From Octopus bimaculoides (Eukaryota), in NCBI RefSeq assembly GCF_001194135.2, contig NC_068984.1, positions 39,564,589-39,628,588 on the forward strand: 64,000 nt of DNA, in the 5' to 3' direction. The position numbers and the translations under genes were made by a program. This document shows, piece by piece, positions 1 through 12,919 of this stretch (position 1 is its first letter; each line of letters begins with the position of its first letter). Below the pieces are notes generated by a model, which saw only the letters and a list, made by a program, of their open reading frames with translations, was not told the origin of the DNA and searched no databases.

Positions 1-69
1 ATATATGGATGTATTGTAGCGTACACTTGAGTGAAATTCCTCTCCTCTCTATTATATATGTAAATCAGA

Positions 70-815
70 CGCTAAGAAAATAATGGCTGATTACAATAAT
101 GATGATAAAATGGAACCTTTCACACCTATTAGACCCCATATTACAATTAAAGACCATAAGGAGAACTTTTTAACTAAAACTAAGGTTAGATTAATTTGCT
201 CCAGTAAGTCAGATTTAGGCAAACTTAGTAAAGTAAATTAGATAAGTACATACCTACCCTTAGAAGCAAGATTAAACTAGAATTATGGTCTACTACACAA
301 AACGCAATAGACTGGTTTTCTAAAATACAACCGAAAGACCAACACAAATTCTTAGATAGACATTAAATAGTGCCCTTATTTTTGCTAGGGACTACACTAA
401 GATTAGCATGAAGGAAATTAATGTAATCCTTATGGCCCGTAAATTTATTATCGAATTTGATAAGTTATGGGTCAGAAAGGATAGTCCTAATTATTTTGAT
501 ATAACAATGGGTGTGTTAGTCTCCGCACAGGTGACCGACCTTGTGGGGAATCTACCTATTAGGTAACCTAAATAATGAATTCCCGGAAATTGGCGACGGG
601 GGCTATACAGAGATGACACTCTTTTTATGGTAAGAAATACCTCTAACCGACGCCTAGAATTACTTGAAATACGCTGGTATAAATTCTTCAAAAGATTTGG
701 CCTTTCTATTACTATAGAGAAAGAAAACAACTCGGTTAACTACCTTGACGTCAACTGTAACTTAGCTACTTGTCTACATGAACCTTTCATGGAACCGAAC
801 TCAATACATACATTC
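70..815 (+). mobile_element. Degenerate Penelope-like element (PLE) reverse transcriptase fragment
   Basis: Translation gives DSPNYFDITMGVLVSAQVTDLVG and GLYRDDTL (codons 600-623), matching the PLE RT motifs FDVTMGS..GAE..ELVG and LYRDD, followed by VNYLDV. Frameshifts and stops present. Confidence 0.8.
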
Positions 816-892
816 TAGGAATTGAAACTATGATCTTGCGATCGTGAGTGCAGCATCCTAGTCACTAGGCCATGCCTCCTCACACACACACT
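815..892 (-). mobile_element. tRNA-derived SINE head fragment (family D)
   Basis: Minus strand reads gaggcatggcctagtgactagg...gtttcaattcc, with A/B-box-like motifs similar to the head at 24256. Confidence 0.55.
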
Positions 893-902
893 TTCTTATA
901 TT

Positions 903-1215
903 CTTTTATTTGTTTCAGTCATTTGACTGCGACCATGCTGGAGCACTGCCTTGAAGGGTTTTAAACGAACAAATCAACCCCAGGATTTATTTTTTAAGCC
1001 TAGTACTTATTGTATCGGGCTTTATTGCCGATCCGCCAAGTTACGCGGACATAAACACACCAACACTGGTTGTCCAGCAGTGATGGGGAGGGGAGCAAAC
1101 ACAAAGACACACACACACACAAATATACGATGGGCTTCTTTCAGTTTCCGCCTCCCAAAGCCACACACAAGGCTTTGGTCGGCTCGAGGCTCTAGCAGAA
1201 GAAACTTGCCCAAGG
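903..1215 (-). mobile_element. tRNA-derived SINE family A, truncated by an N gap
   Basis: Same sequence blocks as the copies at 2035, 2905, 30180, 52075 and 55520 (ttgtttcagtcatttgactgc...ccacacacaaggctttggtcgg). Confidence 0.85.
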
Positions 1216-1504
1216 NNNNNNNNNNNNNNNNNNNNNNNNNNNNNNNNNNNNNNNNNNNNNNNNNNNNNNNNNNNNNNNNNNNNNNNNNNNNNNNNNNNNN
1301 NNNNNNNNNNNNNNNNNNNNNNNNNNNNNNNNNNNNNNNNNNNNNNNNNNNNNNNNNNNNNNNNNNNNNNNGGTCATGGAGCGATCAATGGTTTCGAATC
1401 TATAAAGCGCATAACTTTGTCGGTCTCTAAAGGAACGTGCATATAACCTCATTTCAAATTGGAACTAGAAAGACGTTACGGTCAGTTAATTTTGTAGAGA
1501 AAAA

Positions 1505-1545
<41 letters not shown>

Positions 1546-2034
1546 CAGTAGGTAAGTACAAGCCAGTGGCCCGAGTGAAGGAAGTTAGTAATATGAAGTA
1601 ATTAGGCATCTAGTAGAGAGGGCAAAAAATGGACAATATACGATAAAACATATTTATTAACATCGTAAATTACATACTTCTTTCCATATCGAAGTTAAAC
1701 GGAATTTTAATAAGGTGATTGTCTCCATAGAACTCGTGGTTTAGCAACTAATGCTAAGAATACGAATATTAAAAAAAAAAAGTAATGGAACGGGTAGTCT
1801 GTATTATTACACACCACAATTGTTTCATAGCTAGCTAAAGTTCGTTATGTAAGTAGTAACGAACACAACGCAGCTTAGCTAATCTTCAAGTTTTAGTTAC
1901 GTAAACATGAAGCTAGTCATCAAGCTAGCCACCGAAAAATGGCCAGTCGAAAAAAAGAAAAGGTAAAATCAAAATCAAAATCAAATAAAATGTTAGTTAG
2001 TGTGAAGGATGCCCAAAACTGAAATAATATAGAC

Positions 2035-2246
2035 AGGCGCAGGAGTGGCTGTGTCGTAAGTAGCTTGCTTACCAGCAACATGGTTCTGGGTTCAGTCTCA
2101 CTGCGTGGCACCTTGGGCAAGTGTCTTCTACTATAGCCTCGGGCCAACCAAAGCCTTGCGAGTGGATTTGGTAGACGGAAACTGAAAAGAAACCCGTCGT
2201 ATATATATGTATATGTATATTTGTGTGTGTGTGTGTGTGTGTGTGA
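2035..2246 (+). mobile_element. SINE family A, 5' half
   Basis: Head ggcgcaggagtggctgtgtcgtaag with B-box-like gggttcagtctc; ends in a (TG)n tract. Confidence 0.9.
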
Positions 2247-2904
2247 TATCAAAATGTTTTGTCTAATTTTCCACTTTCTATTGCTCGCTCTGACAAATTA
2301 TAAAGTTAAAGAAACTCCTGATATGATTTTTTAATATGGATTTATCATAATGATGAGATGGAAGTATAATATCGTGAATATCATCTTTACCCAGTTTATT
2401 TAACAGACATCTATCTTATATACAAGGAAAATAAAGAAAATCTAATGCAATTAGAAACGCTTAAACAATTGAAGAAGAATACTAATTATGTCAAAAAATT
2501 GCAGTGACTAGCGACAAATCTGTAAACGAACTTTTATTAGAATTTATGATATAATGCATTTGCTACATTTTCAAAATTATTTGGTAAAAACACAGATTTT
2601 AAAGTCATCTCCCTTTAATATTTTAAGTGCAGACTTACCTCCCTTAGATCTAGTATTTAACGTTATATAAAAATGGGCCTTAATGCAATAAGTTTTATTG
2701 TTATAACTTTGAATTAGAAGAATATGCGTATCATTTCTTTTTTAAATTCCTTGAAATTTAAAAATGCACTCGAAGCAATCCAACGAAGCTACTCAAGAAA
2801 GATCGTTTCAACCTAGCAGATTAGCGTCTGGGAAAGAACTCAAAAAGTTAAGACTCACCCCCTTGGAACCGAGGTGGGAAAAAATATGCTGTAATGTGTG
2901 CATC

Positions 2905-3186
2905 TTTTATCTTTTACTTGTTTCAGTCACTGGACTACGGTCATGTTGGGGCACCACCTTAAACTTTTTTCGTCGAAAAGTGGTACTTATACTATCAAAT
3001 ATTTTGCCGAACCGCTAAGTTACGGGGACACAAACACAGGCACAAAGACATATATACATACATACATACATACATACATACATACATACATACATACATA
3101 CATACATACATACATACGTACATACATACATTCATATAAGATTTTTGGCGAGTTAAGAAGAGTTTTGACTGTTATTNNNNNNNNNN

Positions 3187-3233
<47 letters not shown>

Positions 3234-3408
3234 TAGGGAGAATATATATACATATACGGCGGGCTTGTCAGTTTCCGTCTGCCAAATCCATTCACAAGGC
3301 TTTGGTCGGTCTGAGGTTATAGTAGAAGACATTTGCCCAATATGTCACGCAGTTGGACTGAACCCGGGACCATGCGGTTGGGAAGCAAGCTTCTTGCCAT
3401 ACGGCCTA
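2905..3408 (-). mobile_element. SINE family A with internal (ATAC)n/(TA)n expansion
   Basis: Both halves of family A are present, separated by a microsatellite at about 3050-3245. Confidence 0.85.
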
Positions 3409-4217
3409 TCTAGAAGATCCTGGAAGAAACTGTCTCAAACTTTGGCATTGAAAATTATATTAACACTAAAACTGGACACCATTGCTTAGTGCCAAAGACC
3501 CCATCTGGCTATTAATGGCTATTATGCACATTTGTAGCTTTTGCATAGAACGTGTCATTATGTTATGAATACACAGCTTTTGCATAAACCAAACCTGCTG
3601 TCCTTGAAAACATTTAGAAAGTGAATGTAACTTGTTTTTAAGATCATATATCCATATGTAAATACGCGTGTATTTTTGTGGTTTTAAATACATGTACATA
3701 TACGACGTTTGTGAATCAAGTAGAACATTTATTGTAGAAACTAACGTAATGTAGAATAACGATTGAATCATTGACTACAACATATTTTACATATCAAAAG
3801 TAATCAAACCTCTAATATTTGGGACGTGATAAATATAATTTACTTATTGTCCGATTATCTTTGACATTTTTATTAAAACCTTCGTACTCTCATTGGTAAT
3901 TTTATTCACGTATATATTGCAATAAAGTCCCCGTCATATTTTGACGTCACGGATAACTCTCGTAATTTCATAATAACTTTATATTGCTTCAATACAACAA
4001 TCCGTTGTTCCACATTTGGGGTTCTACATTCGAAGTTCGTCATATCACGTCATCGAAATTTTCTGCGTTTCCTTATGATTTCGAAGATAAGCACATCCAC
4101 GTCGGCATAAATTCATGATTTGCGAAAATTCCGTTGAAATTCGTTCATAATTCTTAACCTGAAATTATTCTTGAGATTAATCTATTATGGCATATAAACC
4201 CTTGGCTATATGCCAGT

Positions 4218-4590
4218 GGTATTGGTTTCAAATTTTGGCACAACGCTAGTAATTTCGGGAGAAGAGCCAAGTCAATCATATCGACTCCAATGTTCAACTG
4301 GTACTTATTTTATCGATCCCGAAAAGATCAAAGGTGAAGTCGACATTGGCTGAACTTGAATTCAGAACCGAAAGTCGGACGAAATGCCGCTAAGCCTTTT
4401 GCCTAGAATGTTAACGATTCTCGCTGCCTCTATTAGTTTTTTTTAATATTGGTTTCAAACTTTGACATAAGGCTAGCAATTTTGGGGAAGGGGATAAATC
4501 GAGTACATCGACCTCAGTACTCAACAGGTACTTATTTTATCGACCCTGCAAGGATGAAAGGCAAAGTCGACTCTGGCGGAGTTCAGAATC
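4218..4590 (-). mobile_element. Two adjacent tRNA-derived SINE family B copies (about 4218-4430 and 4446-4590)
   Basis: Each repeats tattggtttcaaa..ttggcac...ctggtacttattttatcga...aaaggc/tgaagtcgac; B-box-like gagttcaaattcc lies on the minus strand. Confidence 0.85.
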
Positions 4591-4769
4591 CTACACTTTG
4601 TCACCTTGAACTCTTCAACTACTAATGATAGTGGTGATGTGTCAGGAAAATGCTTAGCAGCATTTCATCCAGCTTCACGTTCTGAGTTCAAATTCCGTAG
4701 GATTATGATCATGTATAGAAACTCCAGCGATAAAAAGGCCAGAGATGTGAGTGTACCCACAAGTTAAGA

Positions 4770-5830
4770 ACGCAAATAATTAGCTGAGAAAGCATTAGTA
4801 CTGGCAGGAAGCAGACTGAGGTTGAACATCATTGAGAACCCATGCGTGAAGAGACAGTGACTCTGATCCTCCCCGTGGTCGGCAATGGGGGTAAGTGGAC
4901 CCAAGGAAAAAGAGAAACATGATCCAAGCTGAGGTTAAAAGCCTGAAGGAAGAAAAGCGAAAATCCATGGCTACGGAACATGAATCTCAAAGAGCCTGGA
5001 CAAAAGGCCATGTAAGCATTCGCTTTGGCTGGTCTCATTTTGCCCAAGCTCTTTGAGATTCATATTCCGTAGCCATGGATCTTCGCTTTTTTCCTTCAGG
5101 CTTTTAACCTCAGCTTGGATCATAAGCGAATTATCACATGGCCTGAACTTTAGAGATTAGAGTCTTTTCATATCCCTGTTCTACTCCAGTCAATGTACAG
5201 CATTCTCCCAGCATCAACGAGCATGCGCAGGTGTTGGAATGAGGAAAGATCCACAATGAAGACTATGGAGGCAGTCACGTTGGCGTACATACTGGAAAGG
5301 GGCAAAGCTGTACTTAGTCAGGGGAGATACAGATGGCGCCATGAGAAGGCTGACAATTTGGAACAGTATCGGAAAAAATGCCAGACCCATGCGAGATTAA
5401 TGCTATCCGTTCAGTTCATCAGGGAGGGATAGAAGCTAAACTCACCACCACACAAAAAAAAAGACGAAGAAAAGCCTGATTCATCGGAGGTGAAGGTGGG
5501 CCAGGAAGGAAACTTTACTTTTCCCAGGTTGTCCACATATCTTGAGGCCTGACATTGTTACAAGGTTTGAGGAAGCGAAGAAGACAATTCACACTGGTCT
5601 GACAGTTATGTGGGTAGATGGATATGAGGAAGCTTCAGGGAGAAAAGCAACAAATTTTCCAGGACCTAGTTCAAAAGTGTAGAGAAAAAATCTAGCAAGT
5701 CTGGGTAATCCTTCTGCAAGTTGACAGCAGGGGTTTCCATGCGCATTCTGTGTAGAAGTGAATGATCTATAAATTGATCAGCATGAGGCAAAGGTGTGAT
5801 ATGGCTCCTCGGATTATCTAAAATTCGCCT
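4770..5830 (+). mobile_element. Degenerate HERO/NeSL-like (RLE-type) non-LTR retrotransposon, 3' part
   Basis: Translations MIQAEVKSLKEEKRK..QRAWTK, RIITWPEL, YILERGKAVLSQGRYRWRHEK (degenerate CCHC region) and LRPDIV...LTVMW (PD-type restriction-like endonuclease). Contains stops and an internal foldback. Confidence 0.75.
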
Positions 5831-6019
5831 CCCCACTTTCATTTTATAAAAACTGTTTAACGCCTAACTCAGCCAACCTGCCACGGGCGTTCACACAGAC
5901 CACCTTAGGCACTCACAGAAGGCAGACCGCTATTACCAGATCACCTCGGGCACTTGGACAAACCATCTCGAGCAAGAAACAACTCTGGAAACACACACAC
6001 ACACACACACACACAAACA

Positions 6020-6054
<35 letters not shown>

Positions 6055-6379
6055 ACACACACACACACACAATCGCACACATACACACTATGCACCCCAG
6101 CTAACCTCCTACAGACACAGCACGGTTCTCTCCTCCCAGTCGGCGGTTACATTATCAGATTCTTCTTTTGTAAACAGCCAGCGCAGTATATCATGTCCAC
6201 CAATAAATACGTTAAAAGTTAAAAGTTCGTGAGTTTGCTCCATTTATTATACACACAGCCAGCTAGACCATACAACTTTGGTCTTCAATAATACACACAC
6301 CAACATGCATCCTCGCAATAACCTTAGAAACGATAAGTGACTCATTAAAGGTGTAAACTTTTGTTGGGGGAAACGAAAT

Positions 6380-6670
6380 TCTGCTTGATATAGGAGTTGA
6401 CGACGAAACAATACAATATGTCATTTACTATGAAAGAAAAGCAAGAAATATCTTCAGACCCTTACAAGAATAAAGAGATAATTCAGAAGCATTCGTAGTT
6501 AGCCAAGGCTGGTTTGATCGATCCAAACGGTAATCTAACTTTCACAGCATCAGGAGAAGCAAATGCAGACAACTGCATAAACAAGGAATTTCCTCAGGTT
6601 CCTAAGAGTATTGAGCGTGGTGACTACTCTCTCCAACTTGTATTCAAAGTAGATGAAAGAAGTCTTTCGT
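6380..6670 (+). mobile_element. Tigger/pogo-like transposase relic
   Basis: EAFVVSQGWFDRSKR resembles the CENP-B-type HTH end; ASGEANAD..KEFPQ..KSIERGDYSLQLVFKVDERSL resembles the DDE_1 start GEAASAD..EF..IIEEGGY.PEQVFNVDETGL. Confidence 0.75.
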
Positions 6671-7599
6671 TCTGTGTGTGTGTGGGGTGGGGTGGGGGTA
6701 AATACCATCAAGCACTTCCATTTCTCAAGAAAAAAAAGGGAACAAAGAAACGCTTCTGGTTTCAAGGCCAGAAAACTAACTGATACTGCTTCTTGGCATG
6801 TGTATTTAACACACGCATAGATTGGTGGGGGGGGGGCGTGTGTGTGCACGCACACACACACAATATATATAAAATAAATTCTTGGTTTATTGAAATTATT
6901 ACCGCTTCCTGAGATACCAATTGCTTAGTGGCAATTGATACCAACTCCAGCTGTGAAAGAGAGATAATATCAAGAATCAAGTATTCTTCAAAATTGACAT
7001 GCCATTGAGGAATGGACTGTCTGATTGTCTCAAGACAGGAGGACAACTGTGCACACGCGTTTCTACATCAATACGTGTCATTTGAACAGCAATTGTTCTG
7101 TCTTATCTTCAGCAGACGAGGCACTTGATGGTTTCGGTAATATGAATAAATGAAAAGAAAATTAATTAAGATGAATAATTCAGATGACTAAGAACATTTA
7201 AAATAACATGCAACATTAATTCTAGTGAAGATAATTCCTGTAAATTAATTGAATTCGAAAAAATAAATCCAAATTCGAAAAATAAACCAGAGAAACAAAT
7301 ATACGTATAGCAACAGCTCTGTCGCAACACTAAAGGCAAAGAACTTAAGTGAATCAGACAGAATGTCACCTCATATTACGAGCTGAGAGTCTTTTGCCCA
7401 TCACTATATTGTCTACAAGATGGTCACTGGAAAAGTAAAAAATGTTTTGATATATTGAAGATTCTACTACAAGATGAAAATTATGGATTCATTTAAAGAT
7501 AAATAGTAGAAACAAGTGTAGATAACTCCAGCAATAACTCATGCAGAATTAATGCTCGTAGTGTACCAGCTAAGTCTCTCTCACTCGCAAACAACAATA

Positions 7600-7985
7600 T
7601 TCTGTTCTGCTAGAGACACACGGCCGAAATTTGTAGAGAGGAGACAAGTTGATTACATCGACCCCAGTGCTCAACTGGTACTTATTTTATCGGCCTCGAA
7701 AAGATGAAAGGTAAAGTCATCCTCGGTAGAATTTGAACTCAAAATGTAGTGTCCAAAGAAATGCTGCTAAGCGTTGTGTTCGGCGTGCAAACGATTCAAC
7801 CAGCTAGTCACCTTACTAATAATTATTTCTAATTTTGGCATTATGCCAACAATTTTGAGGGGATGACATTATTTTATCGACCTCAAGAGGATGAAAGACT
7901 TCAGTAGAATTGAACTTAGAAAGTAAGGAGCCAGAAGAAAAAACTGCTAAGCATTTTGTCCGACGCTCTAACGATTCTGCCAGTG
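7600..7985 (-). mobile_element. Two adjacent SINE family B copies (about 7600-7815 and 7825-7985)
   Basis: Family B core gaccccagtgctcaactggtacttattttatc...gaatttgaactc; second copy has an internal deletion. Confidence 0.8.
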
Positions 7986-8116
7986 GGCTACAACTTATAT
8001 CAAGTCAGCGGGCTACTAAACGTTGTAGCTTCAGTTTGTCGATGCCCAGAGAAACGTGATGTTCAAGATCTAGTAACCGATCGGTGGTAGTCACTGGACA
8101 TCAGTAGAGTGATAAC

Positions 8117-8176
<60 letters not shown>

Positions 8177-8559
8177 CGAATGAAACTCTACAGAAAGTCT
8201 AGTATTAATTCTTAGTAGTTCTAGAACTAAATTTTTCCACAGTAACAGGGTTATCTCCCATGAAAAAATATGCGTAAAAGGAAATTTTTTAATACTAAAA
8301 TATAAACAAATAGCTTTCCCTCCCTACTCCTAGTAAATAAAGACAGCTTTCATTAGTTCATTCATCCTAGGATAACAGATGTTTCATTTCATTTATTAAA
8401 CTTATCTCTCCCGTTGTGTATACCAAGCATTTGCTCAACTTTTGTCGAGAAGCGGGCCATATGAGACTAGATCATCGTGCAGATCGCACTCACTAAAAAC
8501 CATTCAAGGTAATTTTTCATTAGTGTGGCCATTCAGGTAGATTGTCCATGACTGAATTG

Positions 8560-8772
8560 TGTATGTGTGTGTGTGGATATGTTTGTTGTCCCACTACCGC
8601 TTGATAATTAGTGTTGGTGTGTTTACATCCCCATAACTTAGTGGTTCCGCAAAAGAGATCAATAGAATAAGTTCCAGGCTTAGGAAAAAGAAAAAAGTAC
8701 TAGGATTGATTCATTTGAATAAAAAATTTTCAAGCTGGTGCCCCAGCATGGCTGCACTCTAATGTCTGAAAC
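8560..8772 (+). mobile_element. SINE family A, 3' half
   Basis: ccgcttgataattagtgttggtgtgtttacatcccc...ggtgccccagcatggctgcac matches the family A 3' region. Confidence 0.75.
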
Positions 8773-8778
8773 CTTGTA

Positions 8779-8852
<74 letters not shown>

Positions 8853-9329
8853 AGGAAAGAATAAGGGAAATAATTCCATATATAGAACAATTATGTAGTG
8901 CTCAGAAAATGAGCTATAGGGACTCTATAGGCATAAAAGACACAAAATTGAGGTAATCTACAAACTGTTTTCCTTTATAACATCAGAGAACTTAAGGCAA
9001 ATCTCATAAAAACTGTAAAAAAATATATATATGCGTGTACAAAATTACATAAAAACACATAAAAATATACATGCGTGTACAAAATTACATAAAAATATAT
9101 AAAAATATACATACAAATACATATGAACCAATAAAAATGTACATGAATATATAAGGAAAATATAAAATGGTATGCGAGTGCCTGAACTTGATACATCCAT
9201 AACAGAAACAAGAAGGAAGAAAGTTATAGATAAATGGACAATATGTGACAATACATATAATTAATTAAAATATATTAAAAGCATTCAATAGCAGAGATAA
9301 AGTCCAATTTTCGATGACTGGTCACCGCG

Positions 9330-9775
9330 CCAGTGGAGCACTAACAGCACTGTCGAGCGTGTTCATTGCCAGAGCAGCTGTCTGGCTTCCGTGCTAGTGG
9401 CCCGTAAAGAGCACCATTAGAGCGTAACCATTACTAGCGTTGCCTCCTAGCACTTGTGCTGGTGGCACGCTTAGAAAATCATTCGAGCGAGGTCATTGCC
9501 AGTACCGCTGGACTGGCTCCCGTGCAGGTGGCACATAAAAAACACCTTTTTGAGCGTGGCTGTTGCCAGTACCGTGTGACTGGCCCTCGTGCCGGTGACA
9601 CGTAAAAGCACCCACTACACTCTCGGAGTGGTTGGCGTTAGGAAGGGCATCCAGCTGTAGAAACTCTGCCAGATCAGATTGGAGCTGGTGCAGCATTCTG
9701 GCTTGCCAGACCTCAGTCAAATCGTCCAACCCATGCTAGCATGGAAAGCAGACGTTAAACGATGATGATGATGAT
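9330..9775 (+). mobile_element. SINE family C with RTE-like 3' tail
   Basis: Four internal units of about 65 bp, then gttggcgttaggaagggcatccagctgtagaaac and gacgttaaac(gat)n, the kind of 3' end seen on RTE-mobilised SINEs. Confidence 0.85.
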
Positions 9776-10974
9776 ATATATATATATATATATATAGATT
9801 TAATCAAAATATTAAATCAAAAGATTAAATGTGGTACTTAAAATGTATGTGGCACCAGAATTTGGTAGGGTAAAAATCTTATGAAGTTTGTACGAAACGT
9901 ACGTACTGCTATAACCTGATACATTTTTGTTGCTTTTCTTCAAATATATATATATATGATGGGGAGCACATGTATACACATGTGCACATATGTATATGTA
10001 TGTATGTATGTATGTGTCAAAGAAACAGATTAGTGCCTTACTGTAGTCATCAAAAATGTACAAATAAAATGCTCAAATTATAACGAATGTTAGGCATTAC
10101 AATCACTGATGATCTTTCATGGTAGCCCATACATGTATAACACCGTCAAAACTCAATCATAAAAAACTAGGAGCAATGATATAAATATTTTAGCCATGTT
10201 CATTTGCTGATCATCTGTAAATTTCAATACCCATGTTGAATGTCCTGCTTAACTTAGACTTGGCGAGGCCCTGAGTAAAGTTTGAAATGTTATACCACAA
10301 AGTCTTACAAGATTTAAAAACGTATTTGTCTTTTAATAATTTTGATTGTAATTGTGACTGTGTGGCTTTCAAATGAGGTTGTTTAGCTTATAGCTTATAT
10401 CCAATTCCAGCACTGGTTACATCTTATGTGCTACAACACCCACAGATTTTAGAGTAATCTAAAAGAAACCATATAACAAATTGTTAATGATTCACTTGCA
10501 AACACTATCTGGTGCAGGACAGTGCAGTTCCCCCTTCTTTGCCTTTCCTATAGCCACTATAACAGACTTTACTTCTCATGATAGTAGATCCTCTCCACTC
10601 ATCTCTCCTCTTGTCATTCATACTGAGTCCCATCTACCAGACCCCACTCACAAATTGCAATCCTTTGAAATTCCATCCACGTATGTTTTTCCTGCAATCA
10701 TTGACTGACAAATGTACAAGCTGAACCCCAAATGCACTGGGAGACCTACAAAGACTATAGCCATTGCTTCTACTTCGCTTCATGTGAAATAATTGCATGT
10801 GTCTTCAACACAATATCTTTCTCTGCATTGGACTGAGCATCAAGACATCATTCAGTAACTCATATAAATTTTCTTAGATTTACCTAACATATTTACACCA
10901 ATGTAATATCTCTTTTAAACTCATCTTCCAAATTTTGTTAAAATTTTTAACTCACTTGACAGGGATTTTTTCAA

Positions 10975-11235
10975 TCATCAACATCATCGTCATCAACATT
11001 TGACATCCATTTTCCATGCTGGCATGGGTCAGATGGCTTCACAGGAACTGCAAGTCCAGACATAGTACCAGGTTCTGTAGTCTGTTTTGGCTTGGTTTCT
11101 ACAGTTGGATTCCCTTCCTAACGTCAACCACTTTCCAGAGTATACTGGGTACTTTTTACATGACATCATCACCAGTGCTTTTTGTGTGGCACTGGCACCC
11201 ACACCAATGCTTTTTATGTGGCACCTTGGTTTTAG
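10975..11235 (-). mobile_element. SINE family C, CpG-decayed copy
   Basis: (catc)n...tttccatgctggcatggg...cccttcctaacgtcaaccac matches the reverse complement of 9600-9775. Confidence 0.75.
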
Positions 11236-11899
11236 GATATCAATTCTGTTGTGGTGGGTGAATCTTCTTGAGTGCAACAATGTGCCATATATCTCAATCC
11301 TCTGTCATCTCCTTTGTAAAGCTCAGCATTTTGAGATGAGCCTTCAATACTTCATTCTATGTCTTCATTGCATCAATAGATCCTACAAATTGTTCCTTTC
11401 CAGAGCCTCAGCATTTCTGCCTTTGACTTACTCTAGTACAGCATTATGCATTTTACATCTGTTTTCATATAAACTGACTTTTTATAGAAACATAATACTC
11501 TTCATAACTATCATAAATGCAATTCACTCAATTTCTTTCACTCGTCTTTAATTCAACGCCATATTCTTTTACTGTCTTCCACCATAATATAAATTATATC
11601 ATCTATTGTTTCTCGTGAGCAATCAGGGAACACATTGGATTTCAATCATAGCTCGTATCAGAATCTGCACCCTTTGAATATTCTTGCTACCTGCTTCTCC
11701 CACACTTAGTTATTTTTTATAGTCTTATCTGTTACATTATTCCATTCAGATATATGTTGCTGTTAGGTTTATATTAGCTCTATCTTGCAAATTGTCCCTG
11801 AGAATTGCCTACATATCTTGTATAGTGTGTGCTTAGCACTTCTCTTTCAGTCTTCACTCATTTAAATGTTAGGAGAAAAATAACATTTGTACAAGCCTT

Positions 11900-12175
11900 T
11901 AATTCTGTTCCATACAAATGACTTATGCAAAGGGTGTGAGAGATGATCTTTATAACTGGTTGAAGTCCTTCATTCTTGAATGAAAAGAAGTTGTTACAAT
12001 TCTAGGACAGCATTCTGCACCCCATGAGATGACATCTGGTGTACCACAGGGATTTGTTCTTGGACTTCTGTTGTTTGTTGCATATTTTAATGACATAGAT
12101 GCCAACTTGAAGAATGATACAGTGTTGAAATACTCAGATGACATCAAGCTGCACCTTGAGATAAAAAGGACATAT
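11900..12175 (+). mobile_element. CR1/Jockey-group LINE reverse transcriptase fragment
   Basis: MTSGVPQGFVLGLLLFVAYFNDI...LKYSDDIKL corresponds to the GVPQGSVLGP.LF and YADD motifs. Confidence 0.8.
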
Positions 12176-12186
12176 CCTATATATAT

Positions 12187-12228
<42 letters not shown>

Positions 12229-12919
12229 TGTGTGTATGTGTGTGTGTGTTATATATATATATATATGTGTGGAATTTCTTAAACTTTAGAATTTATGAGT
12301 GCAAGCAATATAGAGTAGAACTGCTTGCAATCATAGTTTTAATTTCTAACTCAAACATGTGGATAGACAGGAAAAGAATTAACTATACCAGATATCTTGA
12401 CCCTCAACATGAAAGCAGAAATTCAGCGATGATGTAATAAATACTTCAGAATATCAGGATATTTTCAATTTGTCAAAGTATCATATATTTATTATTGGCA
12501 TCTTTGGTAAAAGTATTACTCTTGATGAAACTTTTTTAATATGTTTCTACTTCTTTAAAGATTAAACAAGGCCAGAGAAGTGTTTTATATGAATAACTGT
12601 TAGCATAGTATGTAAATATATTTTCAGCATATATTTGAATATATCTTAGGCTCTTTTCCCATATTTGGAACTATATATATAGTTCTTAGATGAGAATTAG
12701 ATATTCTTCATATAGAATACACCAAGTAGTGCTCAAGAGGTTTAAACTTGAGCAGGTAGAGGGGTAAAATATAAGGATAAACTATTTAGGCAGGTCGATG
12801 TACAAAGAATATTTAATACATTAAATACAAGAAATGTATGTTTATATACAAAAAGGTCTGACTCACGCAGAATAGAAATGTTATCAAGAATTAAATGGGT
12901 TGAAGAAAATTGTTACACA

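Noticed and set aside
7045-7120. Minus-strand CTGAAGA...GAAACGCGT resembling a degenerate hammerhead
   Set aside because: No convincing stem II closing pairs, no NUH triplet and no adjacent stem I. It could be a very decayed relative but is not supportable.
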